Shown: piece after piece, positions 27,235 to 40,843 of the stretch
Layout: every line of letters starts with the position of its first letter
Position numbering within the stretch: the first letter of the stretch is position 1
Source of the DNA: Octopus bimaculoides
Lineage: Eukaryota
Length of the DNA: 64,000 nt
Direction of reading: 5' to 3'
Assembly (NCBI RefSeq): GCF_001194135.2
Contig: NC_068990.1
Span: 25,459,363 to 25,523,362 of the forward strand
Notes under the pieces: generated by a model
What the model was told of the DNA's origin: nothing
Seen by the model: the letters and a program-made list of their open reading frames with translations, nothing else
The model's database searches: none
Program-made: the position numbers and the translations under genes

Positions 27235-28860
27235 TCTAATGCCCTAATGTCCACTTTTCCATGCTTGCATGGGTTGGTAGACTTTCAATGATTGGATGAC
27301 AAACCTGTTTCCAAGCAAGGTGATTTTTCTTCATGGCCAGGTATCTTTCCACAGAGAATTGGAAATGAATGACACCTCTTGTATGACAGTGACACTCATT
27401 TACAACTATCATGCGATATCAGTTCAATGAGACACAAACATACACATACTCACATATTCAGAAATATATCCATGACAGGCTTCTTTCAGTTTCTGTCTCA
27501 AGGCTTTGGTTGGCCTGAAACTATAGTAGAAGATAGTTATCCAAGGTGCCATGCAGTGGGACTGAACCCGAAACCATGTGGATGGGAAGTGAACTTCTTA
27601 ACCATACACCTAATCCTGTGCCTGAAGTTTGGCGCAGTCCTCTGGCTTACCAGCCCCTATCAAATCATCCAATCCATGCTAGCATGGCAGATGGATGTTA
27701 ACTGATGATGATGATATATACTAAAGTGTTACCCATCATATGTAGGGTATTTTAGAAGCACACCTGTGCTACCCTGGTTAATATTAGATAAATATGGCAT
27801 ACATACAATACTCATAATTTACCTTTCATCTCACATCTTAGTGCTTATACAAAATGAATTCTGATTTTCAGAAGGAAAATATTTATTGTCTTGAAAATAA
27901 TATTAAATAAAACAAAACATTGACATACATATTCACTCTTAATAGGTTCTGGCAGATTTTAATGGCAATATACTAATTGCTGTTGTATTTTCTCTACAGC
28001 AGACGACAACTTATTCTTCTTATTACGCCTTTGTAGTGTATAACTCCTTTCATAACTACTTTGTCATTTATTTCCTGATCCTCCTCTTCCTCTTACTACT
28101 ACTACTACTACTACTACTCCACTTCCTCCACTTACTTTTCCTCCTCCTCCCCTTACTCCTCTTCCTCCACTTATTTATCCGCCTCCTCTTACTCATCCTC
28201 CTCGTCTTACTCCTCTATCTCTCTGATACTTTCAGTTTTCCTCTGTGTGTGTGCGTGTGCGTGCATGCGTGTGTGTGTGTGTGTTGTGTCTCCAAGCCTA
28301 GTATGTGCACTCATCCTGTACTTCCCATGTTAACTCTCTCTTTATCTCTCTTTTATTCTCTCCCTCTCTATATATATACAATGTAAAGTGTGACTGGATA
28401 ACTCAACCAACCAACCAACCAGCAAATATTTATATCAGCTATTAGTATACAGAGATATACATTCCTGGATCAAACCCAGACCCAGACTGGTATCTGGAAT
28501 AGAATGTTGTCAGGCACTAACAGTCTTCAGTCAATCAAGAAATGCATTCTAGGAAAATTCCAAACTAGGATTTTGTTGGGGTCTAACGGAGGAAATGTGC
28601 AATAAAAAACTTGAGAGAAGATTTTGAGTGGTGATGAAGACCAGTTAAATGGTTTGCACTGGATTACTTATGAGCTGGGGCCTGTGGGTAAATTTCACAA
28701 GTTCTTGGCCTGTCAGTACCACCAGGAGGCACTGTTGTTGTTTCAGGAAAAGCTGTATAAATATAGAAGTTCTGTGAGATGGGTCTGTCTGGGATTACAG
28801 AGAATGATGGAACTATTCCTTGTAGACTTGTCTAGTGTCCCAATGTAGTTCCCTTGTGTT

Positions 28861-29195
28861 AAGGCAGCGAGCTGGCAGAACCATTAGCATACTGGGTCGA
28901 TCTAATTTACTGGCGCCCTCTCCCCCAAAATTTCAGGCCTTGTGCCTAGAATAGAAAAGATTATTATTATTATTAAAGCGACGAGCTGGCAGAATCGTTA
29001 GCATACCGGGCGAAATGCTTAGCAGTATTTCGTCTGTCTTTACGTTCTGAGTTCAAATTTCACCAAGGTCAACTTTGTCTTTCATCCTTTCAGGGTCGAT
29101 AAATTAAGTACCAGTTACATACTGGGGTCAATCTAATTGACTGGGCCCTCTCCCCCAAAATTTCAGGCCTTGTGCCTAGAGTAGAAAAGAATATT
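28861..29195 (+). mobile_element. Tandem SINE family B dimer flanked by an 11-bp TSD
   Basis: gttcccttgtg at 28848-28858 and 29196-29206; the first monomer is internally deleted. Confidence 0.8.
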
Positions 29196-30207
29196 GTTCC
29201 CTTGTGGAGTTGCGTCTCAGAGTTGTTATCACATATGGGACAGATTTGATTGTTGTTTGAGTCCCTTGTAAAAGTCTTCCCACCATCCTTCTGTGACAAG
29301 GAGGAGCAATGTATATTTGCACGTGCATGTGTCTGTATGTAAAAATTATATACAATATACTGCTAACCTTGCTTTCAATGCTGATATATTATGTTAAATG
29401 TGCTGAGGATTCAGTGATCGCTGTGTTCTTGCCAACTTCAAACTGTATCCAAGACAATATTAGATATCTCTGAATAATTTGTTCCATCATGAGACAATGT
29501 AAGGTAGCTTTCTAATGTGGTCAATCGAACTGCTAGAAATAGCAGCCAAATCTCCCTTTAATCATGTCTTACAGTCTTCAAAAAGACACACTAGATAGTG
29601 TAGTCTGAGGTATACACTGCTTGAAGAAATATCGAATGATCACAGCATGAACGCCTTTGATCATGGATCTTTCCAATCAGGAATCATCTGAGATGAGATA
29701 GGGATAAAAAAATCTGTCCAACCAGCTGTAAATCTATGCAGATAACTGATTAGCAGAGACAGTAGATTGTCGAGTAGATTGCTTTGCAGTAATCATTCCA
29801 GTTCTCAGTGATCTGAATTCAAACACTTCTGAGGTCATCTTTATGTTCTTCCTTTTGGGACCAATAAATAAAGTACCAGTACTGAACTGGGGTCAGTCCT
29901 TTCTCTCATTCTTTCTTTCTGTTTGACTTTCTCTCTTCTGAAGAAATTAGCTATACTCAGGCCATGAGAAGAGTGGGTCCTGCCAGGTCTAAATTTGCTC
30001 AGAGCATACTGTATTTTATGATGATGGCCTTCTGATTCCATCAAGAATTTGAGGACCCAAGGCAATACAAAGTCAATAGATACATTGATGAAAATAAAGC
30101 TCATTAGTGTATATAATTCACAGGTATTTTGTTAACTTAAAAGGCTGATCTCAGATTCTCCTTCGGGTCAGCAAAATGAAGCAACTGCTCTGCTTCTCAT
30201 ACCTTAC

Positions 30208-30258
30208 CTTTGGATGCCTTCACAGAGATAAAGTTTTCGGTGTTGTTTTAATAAGTTA
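30208..30258 (-). CDS. Candidate exon (51 nt), unknown product
   Basis: Acceptor attatgtttag, donor AAG|gtaagg; single open frame NLLKQHRKLYLCEGIQ. Confidence 0.3.
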
Positions 30259-31992
30259 CTAAACATAATTTTCATTCATTGAGTATAGAAAATATAAAAT
30301 GAAAGAAGGAACTTCTTGCTTTGGTCTGAGTCTTATGAGATCAGAGTTTAGCATCTTGTCCATGGATGGAACATAACAGTTTGGAATAGATTAATATTAC
30401 ATTCTGATTTTGCTTTTGAAATTCAATTCTGTAAGCAATTAGATCAGACTGAAATCTGTTACTAAAGAAATATTCTTTAAAATCTCTATCTTCTCACTCT
30501 TGTTACCGACATCTGAAGCTAAAGTCTTGCAATATCTTTACAACATTTGTTACTTTCAACACTGTCTTTAATAATGTTTGCAAACAAAACAAATCTAACC
30601 CTTTCCTAGTGGATTTCCAAATTCCATCAAAGAATCTCTCGATAACAGAGATTCTAGCTTTCAATCACTTTGCTTAAATTACATCCCAGTCAAAGATAAA
30701 ATTCTGTATGATAGAATGTACAAAGTTAGTTCCAGTTCTAAGAATTGGCAGAAATTTCATTTGATTCAGTTGGTTAGAAACTGAAAAGCTGTTAATACGT
30801 CTAGTCAAGTTTTATATCTACTTTCTTATTGGCACCAACCATTGTAAAGAATCGCCAGCATACTTTGCAATAGATGTTAATACCAAAGTAACTCAAACAA
30901 GGAATTCATGGAAAAAGTTATATAGAATTTCCATCATTATATACCAGTTGTTAGAAGTATCATCTTACTGATTCTCATAAAATTCCCAAATAGCCAATTA
31001 CCAGCTCAATTCTTCCAGTACGAACAGCAGAAAGCCAACAAAGAAGTATTTAAACAATGTTTCCAATTTCATATTTGTTACCTTATTATTACATACAATT
31101 CTACAGCCATGAGTTAACAGTGAAACAAAGATGACATTAATACTGCGCATCTCAGAAAAACAGACTACAATCTTAAAAGATTCTTGCAAATATTTATACT
31201 CCTCTGTTAGGGAATCACACTATCTGGTCTTAGCTTTTGATATGTATTTTAGCAGGCTGAAACATTGGGACAGATACCTCAATGGGGAAAACTTCAGTTA
31301 GTTCTTCAAGAAGTGTTTGTAATTTTCCTTGTTTTTCTTTTTGTTTATTTATTATTATTATTTTGTTTTTGATAAAAACAAAATGAAATTTATTTATTTA
31401 TTTATTTGCTGCTAAAGAATATGTTCTGACCGCTTCTGCCAAGATACGCTTTATAAACAAACTATATTTAATGCCTGCCACACGCCTACTTACTAGATAT
31501 GATCAACAGACATTCTCAATTTACCATATGATAATAATAATGGTTGCCACACAACGATTTCTACATCAAGTATTCAGCCAAGGTAATGTGACACCAAATT
31601 GTCGGCACAATAAGTTTGCCTATTGTTATAATAACTATGACTGCATTAGTACAAAACACACACACACACACACACTTTATCTCTCACTCTCTCTCTCCCA
31701 GGTATTTCCTTCCAAAGAATGCTAGTCTGATATTCTTCTATCATAAGTGCCATTTGCAAATATATGCAACAATCTGTCTTTTCCCCTTCACCACCTCTGA
31801 TCACATCTGGTGTAGATAGATATGCCATCCCCACATGTTGCAGGAATAGTTTAAGATGAATTTCAAGCTCTGATGCTGCCACAATTGTTCCACTTTAAAC
31901 CAATCTGATGAGGAAGATAACTCTTGGACCTCCATACTAGTTGTTGTTGTTTTTCTTATTATTATTCAGGCCTTGTGCCTATAGTAGAAAGG

Positions 31993-32034
<42 letters not shown>

Positions 32035-32255
32035 GTTTATTATCATTATCATTGTTAGAAATGTTAGCATGCCAGGCAAAATGGTTAGTGGTACTTCATC
32101 CCTCTTTATGGTTCTGAGTTCAAATTCCGCTGTGGTTGACTTTGCCTTTCATCCTTCCAGGGTCAATGAAATAAGTACCAGTTGAACACTGGGGTCAATG
32201 TAATTGACATAGCCCCTTCCCCAAAACTGCTGGCCTTGTTTCAAAATTTGAAACC

Positions 32256-32297
<42 letters not shown>

Positions 32298-33921
32298 GAG
32301 TGAAAGAGCAATGCATACCATCAAAGTGACACTGGGGCACAAATATACGATGCCCAGTATACCCATCATGACCATCCATTTGATAAGGGTACACCAGGCA
32401 CATGCATCACAACTATGTGTGCGTGACATGGTGATCTCATATCAAGATAAACAGTTCTGATTTATGTTGTTTTGTGCATGAAATAGATGTTGCATAATTA
32501 ATGACAGGCTGTCTTAAGCACTAATATGTAAATTAGGCTATCCACTAATGCACTAGCCTAATATGTGACTGCTTTATATAACTGCTGGACTGCGCCGTAG
32601 AGTAGGGAAGGAAGTCGTGTAATTTTTCTCTGGGGAGCATGCAGCAAACTGTGAAATGATTTGTCAAGAGACTCTTTCACTTTTTCCACACAACAGTATT
32701 ATAGAAGATTTGTGTTCATATTTTAAGTTTCTATATAAATTTAACAATAATTATAATAATCCTTTCTACTATAGGAGAAAGACCTGAAATTTGTGGGGAT
32801 TGCATTGATACCAGGGCTCAAGTAGTACTAATTTTATCAACCCCAAGAGGATGAAAGCAAAGTCAACCTTATCAGAATTTGAACTTGGAACATAAAGATG
32901 GGCATCTTGTCTATTTTGTCCGGCATGCTAATGATTCTGCCAGCTCACTACCTTAATAATAATTGTAATGAAATCTTTTTATGTAGAGTAAATACATTTT
33001 GTAGCCTAATGGCTAGGGTGTATAGCTTACAGTCATAGTGTCATGAGTTCAATTCCTGAGTCAGGTAGCGCATTATGTTCTTGAGCAAGATCCTTCACTT
33101 CACATCGCACCAGTCTACTCAGCTGTCAATGATTATCAGCCAAGTGCTTGTCCACCTCTCTCCCTGCCCCTCTCTGTCTCTTGATGTCACATCCTGGATG
33201 TACTTCTGGATCAAATGAAGGGAAAGAGTCAAGGTGTCTATGTCTGCTCATGGCTAAATATGCAGTCATTAATGAAAACATGATACGTGTTACCAAGCCG
33301 TACTTGTTTACAGGTGACAGCTGGTTCTGAGCTATTTAGCTTTCAGATTACTTTGTCAAATTTAATGCTTATTTATTCACATTGTTTTGAATTAATCATG
33401 CATTATCTCGTAGCTTTGAAATTTTGAGGATCTGTTTGCTTATTTGTTTGAACATAAAAACAGGTTGAATATTTGGGATGGATATGGCTGGTCGAAATGC
33501 TGAAGGGTTAAAGTGAACATTAGACATAGGCAGTGAAGAAGAGCCCGGTAAAATTTCTGATGGATCCTGTTCCAAACATGACTTACAATCCTTGCCCTTA
33601 GAAGCTTTCAGTATATTAGCTAATCTTTAATTAATGCATTGGTCTTTCAAATACGGTTTTGTCATCTGCTTTTCAAAGTTGACAGCCAAAAAGAACAAAA
33701 GCTAATGAAAAGATGAAAGGGTATTTCAATTAATCTAAATCTTCTTCCTCAAATTAAGCTGATTATAGTTGTAACATTTATACACACGTGTGCATTGTAT
33801 GTATGTCCATATATGTATATATGAATGTATGTGTATGTTATGTATGTATGTGTTATGTATAGATATTATGCATGTACGTACTTGTATGTACATGTATGTA
33901 TGTGATGTATGTAGGTTAGGC

Positions 33922-34090
33922 ATCATCATCATCATCATCATCATCATTTAACGTCTGCTTTCCATGCTAGCATGGGTTGGACGATTTGACTGAGGACTGG
34001 CGAACCAGATGGCTACACCAGGCTCCAATCTGATTTGGCAGAGTTTCTACAGCTGGATGCCCTTCCTAACGCCAACCACTCTGAGAGTGT
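33922..34090 (-). mobile_element. RTE LINE 3' terminal fragment (young)
   Basis: Near-identical to the terminal segment of 55508-55878. Confidence 0.85.
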
Positions 34091-34179
34091 AAAATATCAC
34101 ATGGTAGTGTAAAATATCACATATGCATGTATGTATATATTTGTACATACGTTTATGCATATATGTTCTGTTTGTATGT

Positions 34180-34515
34180 GGCACTTTGAGCAAGTGTCTT
34201 CTACTATAGCCTCAGGCTGGCCAAAGCCTTATGAGTGGATTTGGTAGATGGAAACTGAAAGAAGCACGTCGTATATATGTATATATATATATGTGTGTGT
34301 GTGTGTGTTTGTGTGTCTGTGTTTGTCCCCCCCCAACATCGCTTGACCTGCGATGCTGGTGTGTTTACGTCCGCATAATTTAGTGGTTCGGCAAAAAGAG
34401 ACCGATAGAATAAGTATTAGGCTTACAAAGAATAAGTCCTGAGATCGATTTGCTCGACTAAAAGCTGGTGCTCCAGCATGGGCGCAGTCAAATGACTGAA
34501 ACAAGTAAAAGAGTA
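34180..34515 (+). mobile_element. SINE family A, head-truncated
   Basis: Core through tail gactgaaacaagtaaaagagtaaaaga. Confidence 0.8.
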
Positions 34516-36251
34516 AAAGAATAAAAGAATATATACATTAAGTGTGCATGTGGGAGGGGTGCATGTATTGTGGTTGTGTGCCTGTGTGTGTATGTGTACG
34601 TTTTCTCTCCCTGAGTCTTTTAAAGTTTATTTTCACCAGTCACTTGCCACAGTGTGGAGGTTGTAAAGAAAAAACAACAAAACAAGGAGACCAACGGAGA
34701 CAGTTGATTTTACTCTTTACACAATTCTTTGTATAACTAATAACCATTTAATCCTTAAGAAGGTCTTACTTATTTTTTAGCCTCAGATATCATAATCAAA
34801 TGCAGCATAAGAATTATAAAGCTATGTTCTTTCTCCATAATTCCATATCTACCATTCTTTTAAGCCAGTAGGTTGGTACATACACTGTTGCTCTGATAAG
34901 AAAGGGCTTAACCCTTCTGAAGTCAACCAACCTGTGACTGCCCTTCAGTCTATGATAGAAAATTCTTGTTTTAACCTTGTAACATTCGGATTATTCTGTC
35001 AAATGTAATGCTTATTTATTCACATTGTTTAGAATTAATCATGGATTACCTTGTCTGACTAAACAAGGTAGTGCTCCAGCATGGTTGCAGTTCAGTGACT
35101 GAATCAAGTAAAGTAGGAAAAGTGAAAATAAAATCTGTTAAGCTAAATATCTTATCAGTTATTCATTATTTTGATTTCAAATATTAACAAATGATAATAA
35201 TCTGGGCACTTAATTAGACCAAATTAATTTGATATTAGATGTAAATTTAAGTAATTTTATTTAATTGATAGGAATTTTTAGTGTGACTTCAAGCTTGCTT
35301 CTGTCTAGAGCACTATCTTAGAAATTATGGCGTCAAAATCTTATCTATGTTCACATAGTCTAGATTTTGAAAAAATATTCTCCCATTTTTTAGGCGTTTA
35401 CATGGATTTGTTGAGGGGAAGGAATTTATATTGGATTCTAGATAGGTGTATTAATATGTGAATGATTGCTGTGGGAATTGTTATAAAGCAATTGATAAAG
35501 TTTCAGTGAGGGAGTTAGCCCAGCAAGGGGGTTTCAAATGAAGATTAAAGCTAATTTATCTTTTGTGTGGTTATTTGGGCTGTTGAATAATTATTAAGTA
35601 GCAACATTCAGTGGGCGTTGGATTTTGCATTCATAATGACCACACTAATATTTATGTGTCTCCATAATTTTATTAACCCAAAACATTTGTATTTACAAGA
35701 GTTGAATAAATAGAGGAACATTCAAGAGACATCAAATAGAATAAGTACAAATTTCCATTAATTAATATGCTAATTAGTAATATGAAGACAATGAAGACAG
35801 TTCAAAATTTTTGAGAACAAATTAGGTAGAAAGAATTAGAATTCTTTATCACAAAGCTGACTGACATAACTTTGGGTAGAATCTCAGATTCTTTAAGACA
35901 GAACAAGTAAAGAAAAATGAGAACACTTATCATGATGTTGAGGGACATAGTTCCATGTAGCATCAAAGGTTGTTATGTATGGAAATAGAGAAGAGGACCA
36001 GAAGCCTTGCATAGAACATGGTACTGTGTGGACTTATGGATGGCTCTACCTGGGGTTTATTTCACCAGTTTTTTCTAATGCAATGGAGTTTGCAAGTAGG
36101 GCAGCATGCTGTACTTGAGGGGACCTATTGAGTCAAGTACATCAACATCAAAATGAAATCAAATCACAATCAAATGGAAAGTGTAGTTGTGGTGTAAATT
36201 TTAGCAGATCAAGTTATTCCACTGAAGCTCCCTTGGAATCTTCTCATTATA

Positions 36252-36468
36252 TATTCTTTTCTACTCTAGGCACAAGGCCCAAAATTTTGGGAGAGGGGGC
36301 CAGTTGATTAGATCAACCCCAGTAAGCAACTGGTACTTAATTTATCAACCCTGGAAAGATGGAAGGCAAAGTTGACCTGGGCAGAATTTGAACTCAGAAC
36401 ATAAAGACAGATGAAATACCGCTAAGAATTGCACCTGGCATGCTAATGATTCTGCCAGCTCACCACCT
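36252..36468 (-). mobile_element. SINE family B, full copy
   Basis: Reverse complement of the family B consensus; abuts an RTE tail at 36475-36825. Confidence 0.85.
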
Positions 36469-36474
36469 TCATCA

Positions 36475-36479
36475 TTATT

Positions 36480-36515
<36 letters not shown>

Positions 36516-36825
36516 GTTTAATGTCCATTTTCCATACTACATGGGATGGTTGGTTTGACTGGGGACTGGCAAGCCAGGAGGCCGCACCAGGCTCCAATCT
36601 GATCTGGCAAGGTTTCTGCAGCTGGATGCCCTTCCTAGTGCCAACCACTCCGAGAGTGTAGTGGGTGCTTTTTACATGCCATTGGCACAGGAGTCAGTTA
36701 GGTAGTACTGGCACCGACCACGTTTGAATGATGCTTTTTACATGCTACTGGCACAGTAGCCAGTAGCATGGTGCTTTTTACGTGCCACCAGCACGGGGAG
36801 ACAGTCAGTCGGCACTGGCAATGAC
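36475..36825 (-). mobile_element. RTE LINE 3' fragment with 2-3 minisatellite units
   Basis: (CAT)n tail, terminal segment and repeat units. Confidence 0.8.
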
Positions 36826-37197
36826 TATTAAGAATGAAGTGGTGGAGAGTTGTAAGCACTAATTTATCTGACTAATTGCCTTGTTACGCCTCTTTATGTT
36901 CTGAGTTCATATCACATAGGAACCGGCTTTACCGATCATCTCACTGGGGCAAACATAATGAATACCAGTAATATACTGTGATCAATTAAATTGCTAATAC
37001 TCTTCCTTTAGAAATTTATGGTTTTGTGTTACTGAAATAAATCATTTTAGGTTTTATATAATAGTAAGAAACCCTGAAGAGAGCTGAACAGTAGAAGGTC
37101 TTCAGAGAAGAAATTCTTACCACTATATAACACCGAGAATGATTTATTTCAATGACACAAAATCATAAATATACATCATGTGTGTGTGTGTATGTGT

Positions 37198-37229
<32 letters not shown>

Positions 37230-37437
37230 TCACTATGTATTTTTAGATCAAACTCCCATTTGCTTATATACACAGATTTGCTCACACACACATAAGCTAT
37301 GTATGCATGTATACATGTGTATGTGTATAAATACATACATACATACACATTTACATAAATGCTTAAAAAATGCATACATACATCTATCTATCCATTCATA
37401 CACACACACACACACACACATTTTCATACATACTTAC

Positions 37438-37489
37438 CGTTTGACACCTAATCTCACCTGACATTGTGCTCCCTACAAATCCATAAAAC
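37438..37489 (-). CDS. Candidate exon (52 nt), unknown product
   Basis: Acceptor ...tcttgaaaaatatatcag, donor ACG|gtaagt; single open frame FYGFVGSTMSGEIRCQT. Confidence 0.3.
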
Positions 37490-38027
37490 CTGATATATTT
37501 TTCAAGACAGAAACAGAAGTCTGTGATGTTTGTCTCTTCTATTTTTTTTTTTTTAATTTATTATTTTTATTTCATTTATTCATAATTTTTTTTTAAATAT
37601 TTTTCGAGAGAATTTTCTTTGTGCTGGAATCTCATCCAGTCTGAAATCTCAAGTAGATCATTGACCTAGTGCCAGTGAAATTATATTGCCACTCACAACA
37701 CAACACAACTACCAACCAACCAGCCACCATATTGTGAGACGTATTATAGAACCAATGTCAACCGGTTTATTACGACTGAACAAGTCACATTAATCCAGCA
37801 GTTGGCAATTTATTTGAAATAAAAGCCAACAAGCTTCTACTTCATTCTTTTCACATTTTGATTGCTTGGACAAACGGTCAGTTAAAATGGTTATTACATT
37901 GCTTCATCATTGAAATTTTTTCTCATGACAGTTGTTGCTGGGTTTGTAGCACTGTAATGTGGCTCAGCAGCTAAATGAGGGAGCTATTGACAAGTTTGTG
38001 TCTGAAACATTAAAAAAGAATAAATAA

Positions 38028-38430
38028 AGAAGCTTGCTTCCCAACCACATGGTTCCCGGTTCAGTCTCTCTGTGTGGCACCTTGGGCCAGTGTCTTCTAC
38101 TATAGCCTTGGGCTGACCAAAGCCTTGTGAGTGGATTCGGTAGACGGAAACTGAAAGAAGCCTGTCGTGTGTGTGTGTGTGTGTGTGTCATTTGTCTGTG
38201 TTTGTCCCCCCCCCCTATCATCGGTTGACAGCCAATGCTGGTGTGTTTACATCCCCGTCACTTAGCGGATGTAAACCAGCTCTGGTCTAGACCCAATGAA
38301 TCAAAGGCATTCTAAGGAGACTGATAGTATAGGTACTAGGCTTACAAAGAATAAGTCCTGGGGTTGATTTGTTTGAGTAAAGGCAGTGCTCCAGCATGGC
38401 TGTAGTCAAATGACTGAAACAAGAGAAATT
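38028..38430 (+). mobile_element. SINE family A copy
   Basis: Family A body and tail, directly followed by Penelope ORF sequence. Confidence 0.8.
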
Positions 38431-38576
38431 AAAGCTGCAGGCTCCCGCCCACACTGCCGCACTTGCCCTTACCTCTCCAACACCACCCTCCTCACCAGCA
38501 CCCATCACCGACCCTTTCGCATCACCGACTCCTTCACCTACACTTCTACCAACATCATCTATTGTATCTCCTGCTC
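38431..38576 (+). pseudogene. Penelope-like element ORF fragment: Cys knuckle and start of GIY-YIG endonuclease
   Basis: AGSRPHCRTCPYLSNTTLLTSTHHRPFRITDSFTYTSTNIIYCISCS matches the Penelope pattern CxTCP...F.I..SFTC.S.N.IY.I.C; cut off by an assembly gap. Confidence 0.8.
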
Positions 38577-39696
38577 NNNNNNNNNNNNNNNNNNNNNNNN
38601 NNNNNNNNNNNNNNNNNNNNNNNNNNNNNNNNNNNNNNNNNNNNNNNNNNNNNNNNNNNNNNNNNNNNNNNNNNNNNNNNNNNNNNNNNNNNNNNNNNNN
38701 NNNNNNNNNNNNNNTCTAACCCCTCCTCCTGCCTCTCTCCCCACCATCCCTCCTACCACCCCTACTCTTTCTCTCCTCTCTCTTACTCTCTCTCACTCTC
38801 TTCTCTCGTACTCCCCTTCTCTCACTCTTACTCTCTACACTCTTACTCTCTTATTCTCTCACCCTTACTCTCTCACTCTTACTCTCTTCTCTCACTCTCT
38901 CTCACTCTTACTCTCTACACTCTTACTCTCTTACTCTCTCACCCTTACTCTCTCACTCTCTTCTCTCTTTCCCTCTCTCTCACTCTCTTTCTCTTTCTCT
39001 CTTTCTCCCCCCCATACCCACCTTCCCCCTCTCTCACATCCACCTTCCCTCNNNNNNNNNNNNNNNNNNNNNNNNNNNNNNNNNNNNNNNNNNNNNNNNN
39101 NNNNNNNNNNNNNNNNNNNNNNNNNNNNNNNNNNNNNNNNNNNNNNNNNNNNNNNNNNNNNNNNNNNNNNNNNNNNNNNNNNNNNNNNNNNNNNNNNNNN
39201 NNNNNNNNNNNNNNNNNNNNNNNNNNNNNNNNNNNNNNNNNNNNNNNNNNNNNNNNNNNNNNNNNNNNNNNNNNNNNNNNNNNNNNNNNNNNNNNNNNNN
39301 NNNNNNNNNNNNNNNNNNNNNNNNNNNNNNNNNNNNNNNNNNNNNNNNNNNNNNNNNNNNNNNNNNNNNNNNNNNNNNNNNNNNNNNNNNNNNNNNNNNN
39401 NNNNNNNNNNNNNNNNNNNNNNNNNNNNNNNNNNNNNNNNNNNNNNNNNNNNNNNNNNNNNNNNNNNNNNNNNNNNNNNNNNNNNNNNNNNNNNNNNNNN
39501 NNNNNNNNNNNNNNNNNNNNNNNNNNNNNNNNNNNNNNNNNNNNNNNNNNNNNNNNNNNNNNNNNNNNNNNNNNNNNNNNNNNNNNNNNNNNNNNNNNNN
39601 NNNNNNNNNNNNNNNNNNNNNNNNNNNNTTATGATTGACTGTTGACTGAACACTATTCAATTTTTTTTCTCCGTGTTTTTCTCCTTGTCTCCGTAT

Positions 39697-39733
39697 TCTT
39701 TCTGTTGAAGAGCGTAGCTCGAAACGTCAAAGA
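39697..39733 (+). ncRNA. Minimal type I hammerhead ribozyme motif, CUGUUGA variant
   Basis: Identical to the 8812-8848 motif: UCUUU-CUGUUGA-A-GAGC(GUA)GCUC-GAAAC-GUC-AAAGA. Confidence 0.7.
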
Positions 39734-39822
39734 CTTTCCGTATTCCCAAGCGTCATACTAATACATCCTTTTGTTATTTACACCACCTGTCCTTGTCTGT
39801 TGTTGTTTTTTCGTACATTCTC

Positions 39823-39859
<37 letters not shown>

Positions 39860-39873
39860 TTCAAAAAAACAAC

Positions 39874-40038
39874 ACGATGGGCTTCTTTCAATTTCCGTCT
39901 ACCAGATCCACTCACAAGGCTTTTAATCAGCCTGAGGCTATAGTAGAAGACACTTGCCCAAGGTGCCACACAGGTGTACTGAACCCGGAACCGTGTGGTT
40001 GAGAAGCAAACTACTTACCGCACAGCCACTCCTGCACT
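39874..40038 (-). mobile_element. SINE family A, 5' half
   Basis: Reverse complement of the family A head and core. Confidence 0.8.
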
Positions 40039-40843
40039 TATGTGTTTATTTTCGTTTTTACTTTGTTTTTGTTTTGTGTGTGTATATGTACTTTTGTTAT
40101 TTATTGTTCTGTCAGCATGATGAGTAGCAATGCTTGAATTTGTTTCTTTTTTGTTTATTTATTTATTGTTGCTTTATTGTTTATTTATATATCTTTATTA
40201 CCATCTGTTTTTGTAATCAGATAGCAGTAACTGGCCACAAAAATAGATGGCCATAAAATGAAAGCAACCCAAGCTATGCTACCTACCCACTTGACAATAA
40301 CAACAATGGCAGTAAAACTATATATATAGATGGCTTACTGTTCCATTGAGGTAAGATCAAGTATTTCATTGAGTGAGAGATAAATATCATTTAATGTACA
40401 CAATATAAAGATGCAAGCTACCAATAGTTTCTAGGCAGGTTTTTAAAACATGCCTTGTGTTCTCCAAGCAATCTTTAGGCTCTGAGAAGACCATGTAGAA
40501 TAGACCATATGCTCAGAGCTCAAAGATTGCTTGGAGGCACAGGGCATGTTTTAAAAACCTGCCTAGACACATGTTTCCACAGCAAGAAACTATTAGTAGT
40601 GCATATCTTTATACTGTGTTCATTAAATGATAAATATATAGTTTTAAATCATCACTTTTTATCCTCACTTTATCATTGGCTCACTCCCTAACCATGTGCG
40701 CATGTGTGTGTCTGTATGTGCGTGTATTCATGTGTATTATGCAAGAATACACAGTTATATAGGTGAACAACTAGGTGTGACCCATGGATCTATACCCAGG
40801 CCCTTTAAGGGGGTAGCGAAGCAACCAGTACATTGGTCTAGAC

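Larger units (their letters stand above)
38431..39824 (+). mobile_element. 5'-truncated Penelope-like element (family P1): ORF end, CT-rich region and terminal repeat; two gaps
   Basis: GIY-YIG fragment and hammerhead-bearing repeat on the same strand, ending in (AT)n. Continuity across the gaps is assumed. Confidence 0.7.

Noticed and set aside
32533-32563. 9-bp hairpin attaggcta/tagcctaat
   Set aside because: Short, AT-rich and expected by chance.
37460-37489. FYGFVGS resembling opsin TM3
   Set aside because: The downstream residues do not continue a transmembrane helix or reach a DRY motif.
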